A stretch of 64,000 nucleotides of DNA from Thalia democratica (taxonomy: Eukaryota). The translations under genes were made by a program, and so were the position numbers. The notes under the pieces were generated by a model, which made no database searches, had not been told where the DNA came from, and saw only the letters and a program-made list of their open reading frames with translations. Every line of letters starts with the position of its first letter. Position 1 is the first letter of the stretch. Location: positions 9,114,001 through 9,178,000 of the forward strand of contig OZ241834.1 in the NCBI GenBank assembly GCA_965202585.1, given 5' to 3'. Shown here one piece after another: positions 42,401-57,036 of this stretch.

Positions 42401-43998
42401 GACAAAACAAGTAACTTGAGTTTGTATATCAGTTTGAACTTTGTGTAAAAACTTGTAAGTAATTAAATAAAAAAGCTAATTACTGCTATAATTAAATTAC
42501 ATGTTGTTTATAAACTTAAAGCTTTTGTATAAAGAAAGTAAATTAAATTTTGCTGATATCTCAACTTTCAAAATACACACATGGTTTGTCTTATAGTATG
42601 GCACTGTTTAATAGTATTCTATAGTGTTGAACTCTAAACTGTAGATATTAATAATATTATCAGAACATACTCACCACTGTAATTATACCAAAACTTGCTA
42701 GTATACATGAATAGGCTGGTTATAGATGAAATTCTTTTACACAACACTTTAAAACAAAAGGTGGTTACTTAATTTTAAGTATTCACTATTCGAAAACTAG
42801 TTTTAGTAAGTTACAACAGTTATGACATTTAAAATTAAAAGTACTTTTACTTTTATTTAAAACAGAAAATTTTCAATGTACTATAGCCAATTAATAATTT
42901 TTTTAAATGTTTACATATAATAAAATTAAACTATATGATTAAAATAATAAACACTTTTGATATATTGAACTATATTTTCTTTTACATTTAATACCAAATC
43001 AAAAGTACTTTTAATAGACGTAAGTTACGAATTTAAAACAGTAAGGACCATTATTAAATCAAAAGCTAAATTAAATTTTTTACTTTATAAACAAATTTGG
43101 TGCAGATTCTTGAAGATAGTTGTATTCAGTTTAGTAAGCATTTTGTAAGGTTTAGTAAGGTTTCATTTCATTTTCAGTATTTATTGTCAACATAATTAAA
43201 ACTAGTTTGTTTTTCAGAAATATTCCAAAACAGCGGCCATTACGTTGTTTACACCTTTTTTCAATTTTATTACAAAATTTACCCTCAATCTACAGAAAAG
43301 TAATAAATTTTGAGGATAAAAACTAGATTTTTTGAACTTTCAGCTTATAAAACATAAAAATCGTAATATTTAAAGAGTTTATTTAACTTTAAAAAATTTA
43401 AAGTTAAATGCTATTTTATAAATTAGTATAATCATTAATTTACATAACTGTAATAAAGAAAACTTATCCCCTAAAAAAGTGAATTAACCCCAGGAGTAAG
43501 TTTACCTCAGGTTAAGAATCGCTGGTCCATGATATTATTTATAATAATTATAAGTAGTTTTAGTTTTCTTTTCTAATTAAACAAAAACTATTTTAAATAA
43601 AACTTCATGTTAAAAAACTTACATCTTACATATCATACTAGTTTAATGTATGTTGGAGCTTTTAGTTTGGTTATTATACGAAGTTTATGTAAGATTTTAA
43701 TATTTACCCACGAGTCTAGTGTGAAAAACATTGAATAAGATATGGATTTTATCAGTCATTACAATGTTTGTGGCCCTGAACTTTTTGATTTCGTCCCTTT
43801 GTTGAGGGTTTACATAAACAGCTTATTTATAATATGTTAAAACTCATAAACTAACAATTGAAAAATAAATATTTAAAAAATTTGATACCTAAAAGTTTAA
43901 AACACAGCAACAAATAATTTCATTTCTCTATATATTTATTGTAAACGACATATGTAGGATAGAATAATGCATTGAAAAAGTCCTATAAAAGCTAATAA

Positions 43999-46849
43999 TT
44001 AGTTGAAATAATCCTTCAAGGATTGGCCATTTTGCTTCCACAACTGAATTTTGAGCCCGATCTGCTCTACACATTGCTTGAATTTTCTCTCACAAGTCTT
44101 TCTAACTTTGTCAGTCAAAAATTCTTTCACTTCTTTTAGCATTTCTTCGGTGGCAAAGTTAGGAGTAGAAGCTTCAACGATCTTGCTTAAGTGAGGACTT
44201 CCCTTGAACTTGTTGTAAAAGACATCCCAATGTTCCTTGACAAACTTCCAAGACTCATCTCTACCAAGCTTGGATCCTGTTGCCATGCCATACAAGATCT
44301 TGTATTTTTCGTTGTCACGAACGTGGCTTGACATCATGTATTTTTGAACAAGTTTGAGACATTCCAAACCCTGTACGCACCCGAGAGCTGCTTCGATTTC
44401 ACTCTTCTCTTCCATGGAATCAACTTTCTTGTGGAGCTCTACCATCTTGTTGAAAGCCTCAAGACCTCCTTTTGACGTGTAAACTTCGTAGACGGAAGCA
44501 CGAATTTCGGGACTGATTGGTGTTGAGTTCTTAAAGAAATTGTTCATGATTTCTGTGCACTTTTGGTTGACTTGGTCGTCGTTTGAAGCTTTGATGAGAA
44601 GCGCTCTCAAGCTGGCATCCAAATGAGATTCATCTTGTTTAGCTTCCATTCCAACATGGGCCATGACGCTACTGAAGAGATCTTTTTTGAATTGGGAAAA
44701 CTTTTTTGAAGCTTCATCGTCATTCCACATAAGCTTAGTCATTGCGCTAAGGCTTTTGATTATCTCTTTCCACACTGGATATTCCTTTTCGCCCTTGAAA
44801 ACTTTTAGCAACTCAAGATATGTGGCAAACGAAGTTTGACCAGTTGTAGCCATTGCATGGACGTCACTGACTATGTTGAGACGATCAAAGCAGTCAAGTT
44901 GTCCGTTTTCTACTACAGTAATTAGTTTGGACAAAATATCTTGGCTGTAGTTCACTCTGTAGAAGCCGATAAACCTTGGGTTGATTTTAAACCAGTCGTT
45001 TGCACCGACACCTTCTACTGTGATCTGACCTGACTTTGATGAAAAGATAAAAGATTGATGTTCATCAGAGGTTGATGTGGATATTGTGATTGGCACTTGC
45101 CACAAACTATCACTTTCACCAGATGAAGAAATACAAAACTTTTTCTGGGATAAATTAAGTGTTACAGAGTTGTCGTTTTGGCTGGCAATAGACACATCAA
45201 TAACAGGGTATCCCATTTGTTTGGTCCAAGTTGACATAACCTGCTCAACTGGCTTGCCGCTAGCATCTTCAAAACATTTCCACAAATCTTCTGTTTGTGT
45301 GTTGGAGTATGCGTGCTTTTTAAAATACGCCTTCATGCCTTCTTTGAACTTATCTGATCCGATCCAAGAGTGAATCATTCCTATGATATTACTTCCTTTT
45401 TGGTAAGAAATGGCATCGAAGATTTCCCCAATTTCACCTGGATGATTGACTGGAATTTCAATAGCGTGACTGTTTTCTAGGCTGTCAGCATCTAATGCCT
45501 TTATTGTGACATCATTAACGTACTGCTCCCAAACTTTTAAGTCATGGTCACAAATGTGTCCTGCATCGTACATCATAAAAGTTGCAAACCCTTCGTTGAG
45601 CCACAAGTGAGTCCACCATTCCATGGTGACCAGGTTGCCAAACCACTGGTGAGACACTTCATGGCAAACAACGATTGTTACCCAACATTTCTGCGCTACG
45701 GAAGATTCTTTTTCGTCTACGAGAAGAGCTGACTCTCTGTAAGTGATCAGTCCCCAGTTTTCCATGGCGCTGCAAGCAAAGTCGGTGATAGCAATCAAAT
45801 CGAGTTTGTTCATTGGGTATGGGCAGGAAAAGAACTCTGTAAAGTACTCCACTGATTTGATAGTGACTTCCAAAGGGTAATTTCCTTGATTTGATTTTCC
45901 TGGTGGAGTGTAAACTTTGACTTCGACGCCGTCATTAGTCTTGCCTTGAACGTAGTCGAATGCTCCTACTACAAAAGCCAGCAGGTAAGTTGACATCTTC
46001 TTTGACTTTGCGAAGACGACCTTCTTTGTTACTTGATCTTCAAGAACTTCTTCGCTGATGACATTCATGTTTGACAAGGCGACGAGGTCTTTTGGTACAA
46101 TTAATGTACAATCAAAAGTTGCTTTTAATGCAGGCTCGTCCCAGCAAGGAAGGCATCGTCTGGCGTCGGTTGCCTCGAACTGAGTGATCAGGTTGTAATA
46201 TTCAACACCGTCCTTGTTTGTGACTTTGGTGCGGTAGAACCCGGCCATTTCATCGTTGTGAATTCCTTTGAAACTCATGCTGAGGACTGCAGGACCGACA
46301 GGAATAACATCTTCGAAAACAAGGGTGCAAGTCTCATCATCTTTGTTGAGATTCACCTGAGTTGGAACGAAAGTAGCTCCTGAATGTTGAAGGCTGCACT
46401 CTTTGATTTCTAATTCTTTGCTGTTCATTTTGATTTCATTAGTGGCTTCATTGACCTGTTTAAAAAAAATTTTAGTCTTTAATCCGTTTTTAATTATACT
46501 TTTTATCGGTATGGTCTATAATGTTGCGTGGTTTTATTATTAATAGTTATATGTTAATAGCTAAAAGTATGTTTAGGTGTTTATTACTTAATTAAAATTA
46601 TAAAATTCTTAACCATAATTTTAAATTCTTAAACAACAAATAAAGCAAAATACAAAAACATGTTTTTTCATTTACAAATTAAACTTGGTGGTTAATGAGT
46701 ATAATTACTGTCAGCATAAAAGTTTTACTAAAACTTACATTTAAGTCAACTGATTGGTGTCCTTCAAAAGTAAAAGTTTCGAATGAAGGTTTCAATGTGA
46801 CATCGTAGTTTGTAGGTGTAACGGTGGTAGGTAAACGAGAAAACTCCAT
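43999..46849 (-). CDS. NPEPPS: Puromycin-sensitive aminopeptidase, copy 4; exons 46849-46739 and 46455-43999
   Basis: Intact ORF and splice sites; private G>S (PHLSKIV). Confidence 0.95.
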
Positions 46850-47248
46850 TGTAAAATTTTCTTTAATTAGATAGTTACGTCTGTTAAGATATAGTTTTTT
46901 AAGATGTTGGTATTTTTCATTAAATAATTATCTATGTAATATTATATTTGAAGACAACACTGTGCAAATTTAAATCCTATATATGCATAGTGTAACATAA
47001 TAAGTCTATCATTGCTAAATTAGGCTACATTGCATATGCTAAAAAGTTATGCACTATACTTAAATACTTAAACTATTACATTGTTAAATAATCAACATAT
47101 AAAATACAAATACTTATAAATTTTTGCATTTTTTTCTGAAATTTTATTTGTAATAGTAAAAAGTATATTTAATGTTCACAATGAAATTAATATTTTCAAC
47201 AATTTAACATAAATTTGACTATTTAAAATTCTGCCCAATTTATAGACT

Positions 47249-48455
47249 AAAGTTGGCCACTATCCTGGATTCCTAAAATTAAATTTAGCTTAAATAAAGT
47301 TGAGTTTGAGAAATTTTGAAAGAAAAATCTAGAATTTGAACATAAATCACTGAAAAAAAAAACCTGGATTTTAAACAATTTTTACATAGTAACTAGTGAA
47401 ATTTGGATAATACAAAAAAGTTTATCACATGGATAGAAATTGTTTGTCATCATCAATATTTTTTATTAAAGACATGATTTAAAGTAGCTTTACAGTATTT
47501 TTCCAATGTTGTTATACTTTTTTAATTAATCTTCTACTTTAAACATAAACGTTAACTAAAAATAGACCAAAAACTAGTTTTTTCATTAAACCTGGAAGAA
47601 GTTTTAAAAACCTGGAGATAATTTGCCAAAAACCAGTGGTTACCCTGATAATTGCAAAATGATATTTTTCCTTTAAACATAACTTTTAACTAAAAATAGA
47701 CCCAAAAATAAATATTTTCATAAAGCCTCAAAGAAGTTTTAAAAACCTGGAGATAATTTGCCAAAAGCCAGTGGTCACCCTTATAATTGCAAAATGATGT
47801 TTTTACTTTAAACATAACTTTTAACTAAAAATAGACCCAAAAATAAATATTTTCATAAAACCTCAAAGAAGTTTTAAAAACCTGGAGATAAATTGCCAAA
47901 AGCCAGTGGTCACCCTGATAATTGCAAAATGATGTTTTTACTTTAAACATAACTTTTAACTAAAAATAGACCCAAAAATAAATATTTTCATAAAGCCTCA
48001 AAGAAGTTTTAAAAACCTGGAGATAATTTGCCAAAAGCCAGTGATCACCCTGATAATTGCAAAATGATGTTTTTACTTTAAACATAACTTTTAACTAAAA
48101 ATAGACCCAAAACAAGTTTTTTCATTAAACCTGGAAGAAGTTTTAAAAACCTGGAGATAATTTGCCAAAAGCCAGTGGTCACCCTGATAATTGCAAAATG
48201 ATGTTTTTACTTTAAACATAACTTTTAACTAAAATAGACCCAAAAATAAATATTTTCATAAAGCCTCAAAGAAGTTTTAAAAACCTGGAGATAATTTGCC
48301 AAAAGCCAGTGGTCACCCTGATAATTGCAAAATGATATTTTTACTTTAAACATAACTTTTAACTAAAAATATACCAAAAACAAGTTTTTTCATTAAACCT
48401 GGAAGAAGTTTTTAAAACCTTGAAACAAATTTCAAAAAACCAGTGGTCACTTTAA
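47249..48455 (+). mobile_element. Same decayed MITE plus 134/135-bp array, unit 4 (7 units)
   Basis: Unit ends at 47647, 47782, 47917, 48052, 48186, 48320, ~48455. Confidence 0.85.
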
Positions 48456-51400
48456 AAATTGCAAAATAATATCCATTTCTAAATTTAAAAATATTAAGAA
48501 TAAAAACTCAACTAAAGTATTGTTCTAGTTTTTTTCAAATATTTCTCTTTTTAGTTTATTGAAAAATATATATATAAAAATATATATATATTAGGTATAA
48601 AAAGTTATTAAAGTTTAAAATCAACATTAAAAAAATATATATATAAAATGTGGCAACTAAAAATAGTATTACTATTCAATAAATTTATTTAAATCTATAT
48701 TTACTTTTTAATTTAAAAAATGTAGGAAGGAAACAAAGAGAAAATTAAAAAAAAAACTTTTATAATACTAAGTTTGTGCAATATAACAACTTAAACAAAA
48801 TGACTGTTCACTTGACTTAACATTCATACACTTCTAAAACATAAATCTAACAAAAAATATAACTACATAACCTGGAACTTTATCTATACTAAGTTTACTC
48901 TAATTCTAACTTCATTTAATCATCTAAACAAGTGAGAACAGTCTTTTTATATTCGCCTGCGCGTAAGTGAACGTTTGTGGTTTGTGGTGTGGTGACCTCA
49001 TAACTCGAGACAACACTATTGAGCATGGTATTTTGAGAGAATTTAGGGTTTCATAACCCGCGGCAAATTCAGAGGACTTTTTTGCTGCTTAAACTTATTT
49101 AAATTGTTTTAGGCTAACCCAGAACAGCGACACCGTGTGGTGAAAAATCCCGTAAATTTTTAAAATAATTTTCGTGTAAAACCAAAATGGTGCAATCTTA
49201 TGGATTTGCGACACCTAGCGGTTAATTTTTTTGACAAAAAATAAGATTTGAAAAACTATTTAAAAAAATCTAATTTTGCGCTGCGTTAAAAAAGGGGCAG
49301 GTTGACTACACCTAAACTTTAAAGATTTTTCTAGAAGTTAGAGCTTTTAAACCTCACACATTTAGTTTTTGTGAAGTCAACAAGTGGAACTACATATATT
49401 ATAAAGCCTTTTTAAGTAATTTCTTAAGATTAGATAGTTTTTTTTTACCTTGTGTGTAAAAAAACATGGTTCGTATTTACAAGAAGTTATTTATATTAAG
49501 TAACAAAAATGAAAATACAGGAAAATTCATTTAGTTTCCATTTAGACTATAAATCATTTCGGCATATTTATTTAATAATAGGTCAAAAAAAGTTATAATC
49601 ATTCATTTATTATTCAAAATATTACTCGTTTTCTGTTTTTATAGTTCAACTTAATTTTATTCTAAAACATTCTCTTAAACTTAATTTTACAACCTATTTT
49701 ATATGCTTTTTGTTGTAATTTTAAAAAATATTTAACATCCAACTAGATTAAAGCCTAATAATGAATAAGCTTCTATGCGCTTTTTATAGTTTGAATTTTG
49801 TTTTAACACGGTTAAAAGAATATTTTTAAGGTATAAATAACAACTAACTCTAAAATTAAGAAAACCTGTATAGGAATTAGTAATAGCTCGCTGAGGAATA
49901 AGTAAAAACTATGAAAATCTATTAACTTTTATTGCTTTATTCTTCAAGGAAATGAGATCTTTAAATAGAAATTCTGTCTGAGTATGAATAATTTATTATG
50001 TTAAATTTACTAAAACTTTAACCATAAAAAAAATGTTTAAAAGCTGACACAAGTTTAAAAAATTACAGTTATTTCACGTTCATTAAAAGCTAACCTTCAA
50101 AAACAAAGGTTTATATTTAACTAAACATAAATTTTTTAGGAACAAATTATTAAAACCTTTTCGGTTATTTTCTCTTTAATTTTAATAAGCTTCATAAATA
50201 AATACTTCTTAGTTCACAACTCCTAAAACAGTAGTCATTACAAGAAGTCTTTTGGTAGTTTTAGATTGACTGCAAACCCAGACGAATAGAGTTTGAATCT
50301 TGGCGAAACTTTTACTTATATTAAGCTTAACTTCACGTAAAAGTTTGTTTTTACCTTTAGGCTCTTAAAATACAACTGGTACTTGTCCTGTACAGTTAAA
50401 ATAATGATGTTACAACTATTTTAAACAACTGTAGCCCATGTAAGACCTTTTCTATATTCCGCGAGCAACTTTTTCTAGCGAATTTGGCCCGTTACTTATG
50501 AAAGGCTGCCGTAACCTGTTACTTTACTTATGTAGAGTCCTATGTACAGTGGATTATTATAAAATGTTCTATCCTTGGCTTTTGTATTTAACATGACAAT
50601 AATTTGTACAAGTTATAAGTAGTTTATAAAAAGATAAAAATTAAAACTCAACACTTTCAAAGTAGAATAGGCTCTACATTAAACTTTATCAATCAAGCTT
50701 GTCATAAGCAAGAAACTGTGTACCATTATATCGAACGTTTGAAACGTAAGCTTTGTCTAGTTAACATAAACTTTAATACTGAAAATAGAAGCTGAACTTA
50801 GTTCTCACTAAATAGTAGTTTCAACAATCACGTTTGTACTAGAAATAAATTGTGTGAGTAACACTAAATGTTCCTTTTTTTCAACTGTATTATTTAGCCT
50901 AAAATATTTTTGAAAAATGTTATTCAAGACTTTATCTCAGCAATGTTTAAAAACATCCTTTAATCTTCTTTATTAAAGCTAATAAGGTACTTTATATAAA
51001 CATATAAGTAAACACAACTATTCTCAAAGGTTTAGTAACTGAGTACAAAAAGATTTGATAGAAACTAAAAACGTGTACAATGAAGTTAATTTTCAAAACC
51101 TAAATAACATTAAACTAGATTTTTTTACTGGTTTTTGTGCAAACAGCTAGAAAGTATATCAATTAAAATTCTAACTTAATTAAAAATCATTGTAAAATTT
51201 GAATTGAGTATTAAGTACTTAATTAAAATCAATTTTGAATAATTTAAATGATGGATTCCTTTCAAAAACCAATAGCTCTTAACTTCCCACGTTGCCATAA
51301 ACTATTAAAAATAATAATACTAAATGTTTGGCAAGTGGATACAGATTAGCAAATTACTGACTGTGTCGAGGCAGGCAGTACGGAGATAATAAACTTTCTT

Positions 51401-52305
51401 CATTTTAAGTATAAAACAAGGTTGTTGGAGTAAAAAAAAAAAATTTTCAACTTTTTAAAACCATTTTATTAAAGGATATAATCAAACTTCCGCACATAAC
51501 AAATATTTAGAGGCTCAAAAAAAAGTTGCCTTTTGAATATTTAGACCAGCGGCTTACAATTTTATTTTGAATATAAAACAATTTATATCACAACACAATT
51601 TATTTAATGCGATAAAGTTATATAAAATTTGAGATGGTACTGAATTTCTTCTTTCCTTTTCACAACATCAGACCGCAGTTGTATACCACCAGAATTGAAA
51701 ACCTATAAGAATAATATATAATTAATATTCCAAAAAAAAAGTACAGTTGTAGCTGTTACATACAGCTGTTGCAGTCAAAACAAACAACTCATATAAAATA
51801 TCAAATAAAAAAGTACAAGCTTAGGTAAAACAAACTAATTTGAACTATTTGAATATTTTAACAATTATACGTATTAAAGTTTTAACTAAATTCAAATAAC
51901 TTTGCTTACCACAAAGGTACAAGTGGTAATTTTTTTGTTAAAAAATAGCTAATACAGCTTCAAACTTTTTGATAGCCTAAATTTTAAAGTTACTGAATTT
52001 TAATCTCTTTAAAATAACTTTATGATAGATTTGTAACAGAAATTATAATACAAACAAAGCAAAAAACATAGACGTTTATAATTTTAGATAAAAACTCAAA
52101 ATTCATTAAACAAATGACAACAAATGATTTACTAGTCACTTTATAAATAAACTGAATGCAAATAAAGACGTTTGTATGAGTTATAATACTATTTTATTGC
52201 AATAACAACACTTTTTACATTTAACAAATTTGTTTGAGCAGTTTTTTTTTCGAAATTCAACTAATTTATTTCTCAAAGCTAAATAAATATGAAAAAAACT
52301 ATTTA

Positions 52306-53255
52306 CAGGGTTGCCACTCTTTGTGCCAAAAAATCTTCCCTGAGTGACCAAAAATTTCCCTGAGTAACCTTAAACTTCCCTGAGTATTTTTCAAATCTTA
52401 AAAAAAAAAATTCTCTTCTAACACAAATTATTAATACCTCATTCTCATTTTTCTTCTTTAATAATAAAAGGAAGGTTGTATGTGTATGCTTCTGCATTAA
52501 ATTTATGAAAAAAACTGTTTTCAAAAACTCAATCTTAAAAGGCTTAAACCAATTAAAAATTAAAAACTAAATTTTTGCACAACTTTTTGTAAACTTGTTA
52601 GTTAACTTTCTACATAAAAGAATAAAGTTTAATTTATTTGACATTTTAATTGACAAAATTTAATTATACTATAATAATAATTTCACATGAAGAACTCACT
52701 TAAATGCATACATAATAACTTCATTATGACTTGTATTTCTTTCCTAGCAACTGTTCTGAATGCAGTAAATAAAACTTAAAATAACATTATTGTAAAAAAA
52801 CCTGCAAAAAGAAAGTTTAAAGAAATAGCTAAAAAAATATAAGTAACTAAAAATAAAAAGTTTATTAGAACTTTTCAATGAATAGTTAACAACAACTTTC
52901 ATTTCTCTAAACTGTTTGATTTTACTTAAGTAAATATAAATTTAAAACTTTAAAAAACTACAATGTTAATACTAAGAATATTGAAGAGCTAGCCGCAAGG
53001 CTAAAAAAATTCTAAATAACCACTTAAATAATAAAAATTACTACTTTTGAACAAAATATTGAAACTGGATTAACTAAACCTCATTCTAGATCTAGAAAAA
53101 AATTTCCCTGAGATTTTCAAAAACTTCCCTGAAATTTAGAGAAAAAATCAAAACTTCCCTGAGTTTCCCTGAGTTAAAAGAAAAATGCCAAAATTCCCTG
53201 AGTTTCCCTGAGATTTTCTTCAGTTTGAAAATTCCCTGAGTGTGTGGCAACCCTG
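52306..53255. mobile_element. Non-autonomous TIR DNA transposon, 950 bp, 6-bp TSD (tattta)
   Basis: 12-bp TIR cagggttgccac...gtggcaaccctg; tattta at 52300-52305 and 53256-53261; many subterminal ttccctgag direct repeats at both ends; absent from type-A units; no transposase ORF. Confidence 0.92.
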
Positions 53256-54147
53256 TATTTATTAAAAACTTAAAAAACAGTCAATAAACTACTAATCAAA
53301 AATTAATAGTTTAATTAAATAAAACTTAACTAAAAATTGTAATTACAATAAAAATAGACTGATAAAAACATAATTTAATCATAATTGCTTCTATTACTAA
53401 CAAGCTACCTCTTTTTTACCAAGTTTAATTACACTATAACACTAAAACAATTTTTACAAAATTTACTTTGCTCAACATGAGAAATTAAAATGCACTAATG
53501 TTGGCCTAATGTGTTATTCATATGTAGTTTTAATAAATTTAAAATGTTCTGTAAAATACCACAAAGGTATAAATTTTACTTTACTTTAAATAAACTTATA
53601 AATACTATTTTTATATTTTGCTAGCTGAGGTTTAAAATAAACAATTGATTTAAAAAGCAATACACTTTTTAACCTTAAAAATACCAAGCACTAAATAAAC
53701 ACTTTGGATTTACTAATTAAATTTTAGTGTTTTTAAGTTTTTTTCAATAGATTTAACAAAATAGTTATTAACAATTTCAAATCTGTAAAGTAACAGTATG
53801 TTTCTGTTTATTTGAAATAGTATGTATAACTAGTAAAGATTAGTTAAAAAATAGTACATCTCTATTTATAAAAAGCAACAAGATGCATTTTGGATTTAAA
53901 ATGGAAGTTTTAATATAATTATGTTTTATTTCTTAACAATTTTAAAATCTGTAAGGGAACAGTATGTTTTTCTTCATTTTAAATAAAATTATAAGTGCTA
54001 GCTGCAAACTTATATAGTTATAAGCTTGAAACAATACTCATAAACAATTTTGTGTCTATCATCTTGTGTTCACTATAAAACCTAAGCAAGAGTTTTTATT
54101 TCAAAAATAAAAACTATTCATTCTTAAAACATTTTTTAAAGCCAAGT

Positions 54148-54468
54148 CAGAGTTGCCACAGATCAAGCTTAAAAATGTATTCTGTATTTTCTAAATCGAA
54201 TTCTTATTTAAAACCTATTCAAAAACCAAATACTTGAAATTGTGTTAGGCTTCAAACTTTTTTTATAAAAGTTAGAACAATAGTTCTTTTGCAGTTCTTT
54301 AGATTTTTAGAAAATAACAAAAACATTGAAAAAATTATTTTTATGTGATGATAAACTTTCTTATTAAGAACATGTTTATATCAAACTTTCTTACTTTTTT
54401 TTCGAAAACCACCATCTACTCCTAGCTTTTTTGTTTTTACTGACTTTCTTGACTTTGTTGCAACCCTG
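54148..54468. mobile_element. Older MITE of the same TIR family (321 bp), shared by all units (e.g. ~4335-4608 in unit 1)
   Basis: Ends cagagttgccaca...tgttgcaaccctg (2 mismatches in 13); flanks ccaagt / cgaagt; type-A copies show ctaagt on the right and nearby on the left. Confidence 0.65.
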
Positions 54469-54785
54469 CGAAGTATAATACTCTATTTTATAATACTTTA
54501 CATTACAAAAAAACACTCTAAAATAACAAAAAAGTGTTAATTATACCTATAAAAAATTGCTTGATTCTTATAAAAGTGATAACAGTACACTAAAAACATA
54601 GTTTACACTATTATATTTTGAGCTTTTATCATAAACATGTGTGTGCATATCTGGCAATTTAAGTAAAGTGTACACAACTGTTTTGAATTTCTTAAAAAAC
54701 ATAAAAATGTTCCAGTTAAATAATATATTTTACTCATTTCAATTACAAAAAAAGATACACTGAAATTAATTTTCACAGTACAAAA

Positions 54786-54870
54786 TAGGGTTTCCACTCT
54801 TTTAAACAAAATGCTACCCTGAGTGACGTTAAACAGTCCTAGGTCATCCTGAGCTTTTTCAAATCTTTTG
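54786..54870 (+). mobile_element. Degenerate left-end fragment resembling the 950-bp element
   Basis: tagggtttccactct...ccctgagtgac...cctgagctttttcaaatc parallels cagggttgccactct...ccctgagtgacc...ccctgagtattttttcaaatc at 52306-52400. Confidence 0.55.
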
Positions 54871-54973
54871 AAAAATATTTAAATAATTAGAATACACATT
54901 TCAAAGTCAATAAAAGTAAAATCTTAAAACAAAAGAGGTATAAAATATCAAAATACTTGGCTACAATAGAACA

Positions 54974-55285
54974 CAGGGTTGCCACTTAATTTTTTAAACA
55001 TTTTTCCAGGTTTTTAAAAGTACACATTATTGGGTCTATTTTTAGTTTAAAGTTAACTTTAACGTAACAAACTGTGTTAAATAGTATAAAAACATTGAAA
55101 AGATACTGGAAAGCTACTTTAAACATGTTTTTTGATAAAATAATTTTGATGATGTCCAAAAGTTTTTATTTATATGATAGATTTTTTGATTCACTACTGA
55201 ACATGTGAAAATTGTTAAAATTCCAGGTTTTTATAGTGATTTCTGTTCAAAATTCCAGGTTTTTCCAGGTGAAGTGGCAACCCTG
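54974..55285. mobile_element. MITE, 312 bp, 6-bp TSD (agaaca)
   Basis: 13-bp TIR cagggttgccact...agtggcaaccctg; agaaca at 54968-54973 and 55286-55291; type-A units have a single agaaca (acaacagaacatcctag) at this site; subterminal ttccagg repeats. Confidence 0.93.
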
Positions 55286-57036
55286 AGAACATCCTAGACA
55301 ATAGATTAGAGACGCAATCTCTCTAAAAATGTGTTGTACTTTGATAAATATTGTGGTTGTAACCAAAAAGATATGTTGAAATTCCAGCATTGGTGCCATA
55401 CTTTCTGACAAAACAAGTAACTTGAGTTTGTATATCAGTTTAAACTTTGTATAAAAACTTGTAAATAATTAAAGAAAAAAGCTAATCACTGCTACAACTA
55501 AATTATATGTTGATTATGAACTGAAAGTCTTAACTTTTGTTTAAAGAAGGTAGATTTAATTTTGCTGATATCTCAAACTTAAAAATACACACATGGTTTG
55601 TCTTATAGTATGGCACTGTTTAATAGTATTCTATAGTGTTGAACTCTAAACTGTAGTTAATAATACTATCATCAGAACATACTCACCACTGTAATTATAC
55701 CAAAACTTGCAAGTATACATGTTGGGTTGGTTTTAGAGGAAATTATTTTACACAAAACTTTCAAAACATAAGGTGGTTATTTAGTTTTAAGTATTCATTG
55801 TTCGAAAACTAGTTTTAGTAAGTTACAACAATATTGACATTTAAATTAAAAAATACTTTTTCTTTTTTTAAAACAGAAAAATTTCAATGCACTATAGCCA
55901 ATTAATAAATTTTTGAAACGTTTACATTTAATAAAAATAAACTATATGATTAAAATAATAAACACTTTTGAAATGTTGAACTATATTTTCTTTTACATTT
56001 AATACCAAATCAAAAGTACCTGTAAAAGACGTAAGTTACAATTTCAAAACAGTAAGGACAACCAATTAATCAAAAGCTAAATTAAGTTTTTTACTTTATA
56101 AACATTTTTAGTGCAGATTCTTGAAAAAAGTATTCAATTTGGTAAGCATTTTGTAAGGTTTAGTAAGGTTTCATTTCATTTTAAGTATTTGTTGTCAAAT
56201 GTCAACATATTTAAAACTAGTTTGTTTTTCAGAAATATTCCAAAACAACGGTTTTTACGTGGCTTACACTTTTTTTAAATTTTATTACATAATTTACCCT
56301 CAATCTACAAAATAGTGTTAAATTTTAAGATAAAAACTAGATTTTTTGAACTTTCAGCTTCGAAAATATAAGAAATCGTAATATTTAAAGAGTTTGTTCG
56401 ACTTCAAAACATTTACAGTTAAATGCTAACTTATAAATTGGTATAATCATTAACTTACATAATTGTAATAAAGAAAATTTACCCCCTAACATAAGTGAAT
56501 TAACCCCAGGAGTAAGTTTACCTCAGGTTAAAAATCGCTGGTCCATGATAGTATTTTTAATAATAATAAGTAGTTTTAGTTTTTGTTTTCTTTTCTAATT
56601 AAACAAAAACTATTTTAAATAAAACTTCATGTTAAAAAACTTACATCTTACATATCAAACTAGTTTAATGTATGTTGGAGCTTTTAGTTTGGTTATTATA
56701 CGAAGTTTATGTAAGATTTTAATATTTACTCTGGAGTCTAGTGTGAAAAACATTGAATAAGATATGGATTTTATCAGTCATTACAATGTTTGTGGCCCTG
56801 AACTTATTGAGTTCGTCCCTTTGTTGAGGTTTTTAAAACTTTGTTTACGTAAACAGCTTATCTATAATATATTAAAACTCAAAAACTAACAATTGAAAAA
56901 TTAATACTTTGATACCGAAAAGTTTAAAACACAGCAACAACTAATTTTATTTTTCTATATATTTATTCTAAACGACATACATATGTATGATAAAATAATG
57001 CATTGAAAAAGTCCTATAAAAGCTAATAATTAAATT

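Larger units (their letters stand above)
37318..49294. repeat. Tandem segmental unit 4 (type A; switches to type B at ~49155)
   Basis: Colinear with unit 1 up to ...gaaaaatcccgtaaa at ~49156, then follows the diverged type-B sequence. Confidence 0.95.

Noticed and set aside
52303-54809. Short ORFs 52303-52524 and 54603-54809 (also 62535-62744)
   Set aside because: Low-complexity AT-rich ORFs without motifs; the first lies in a MITE end and is not a transposase.
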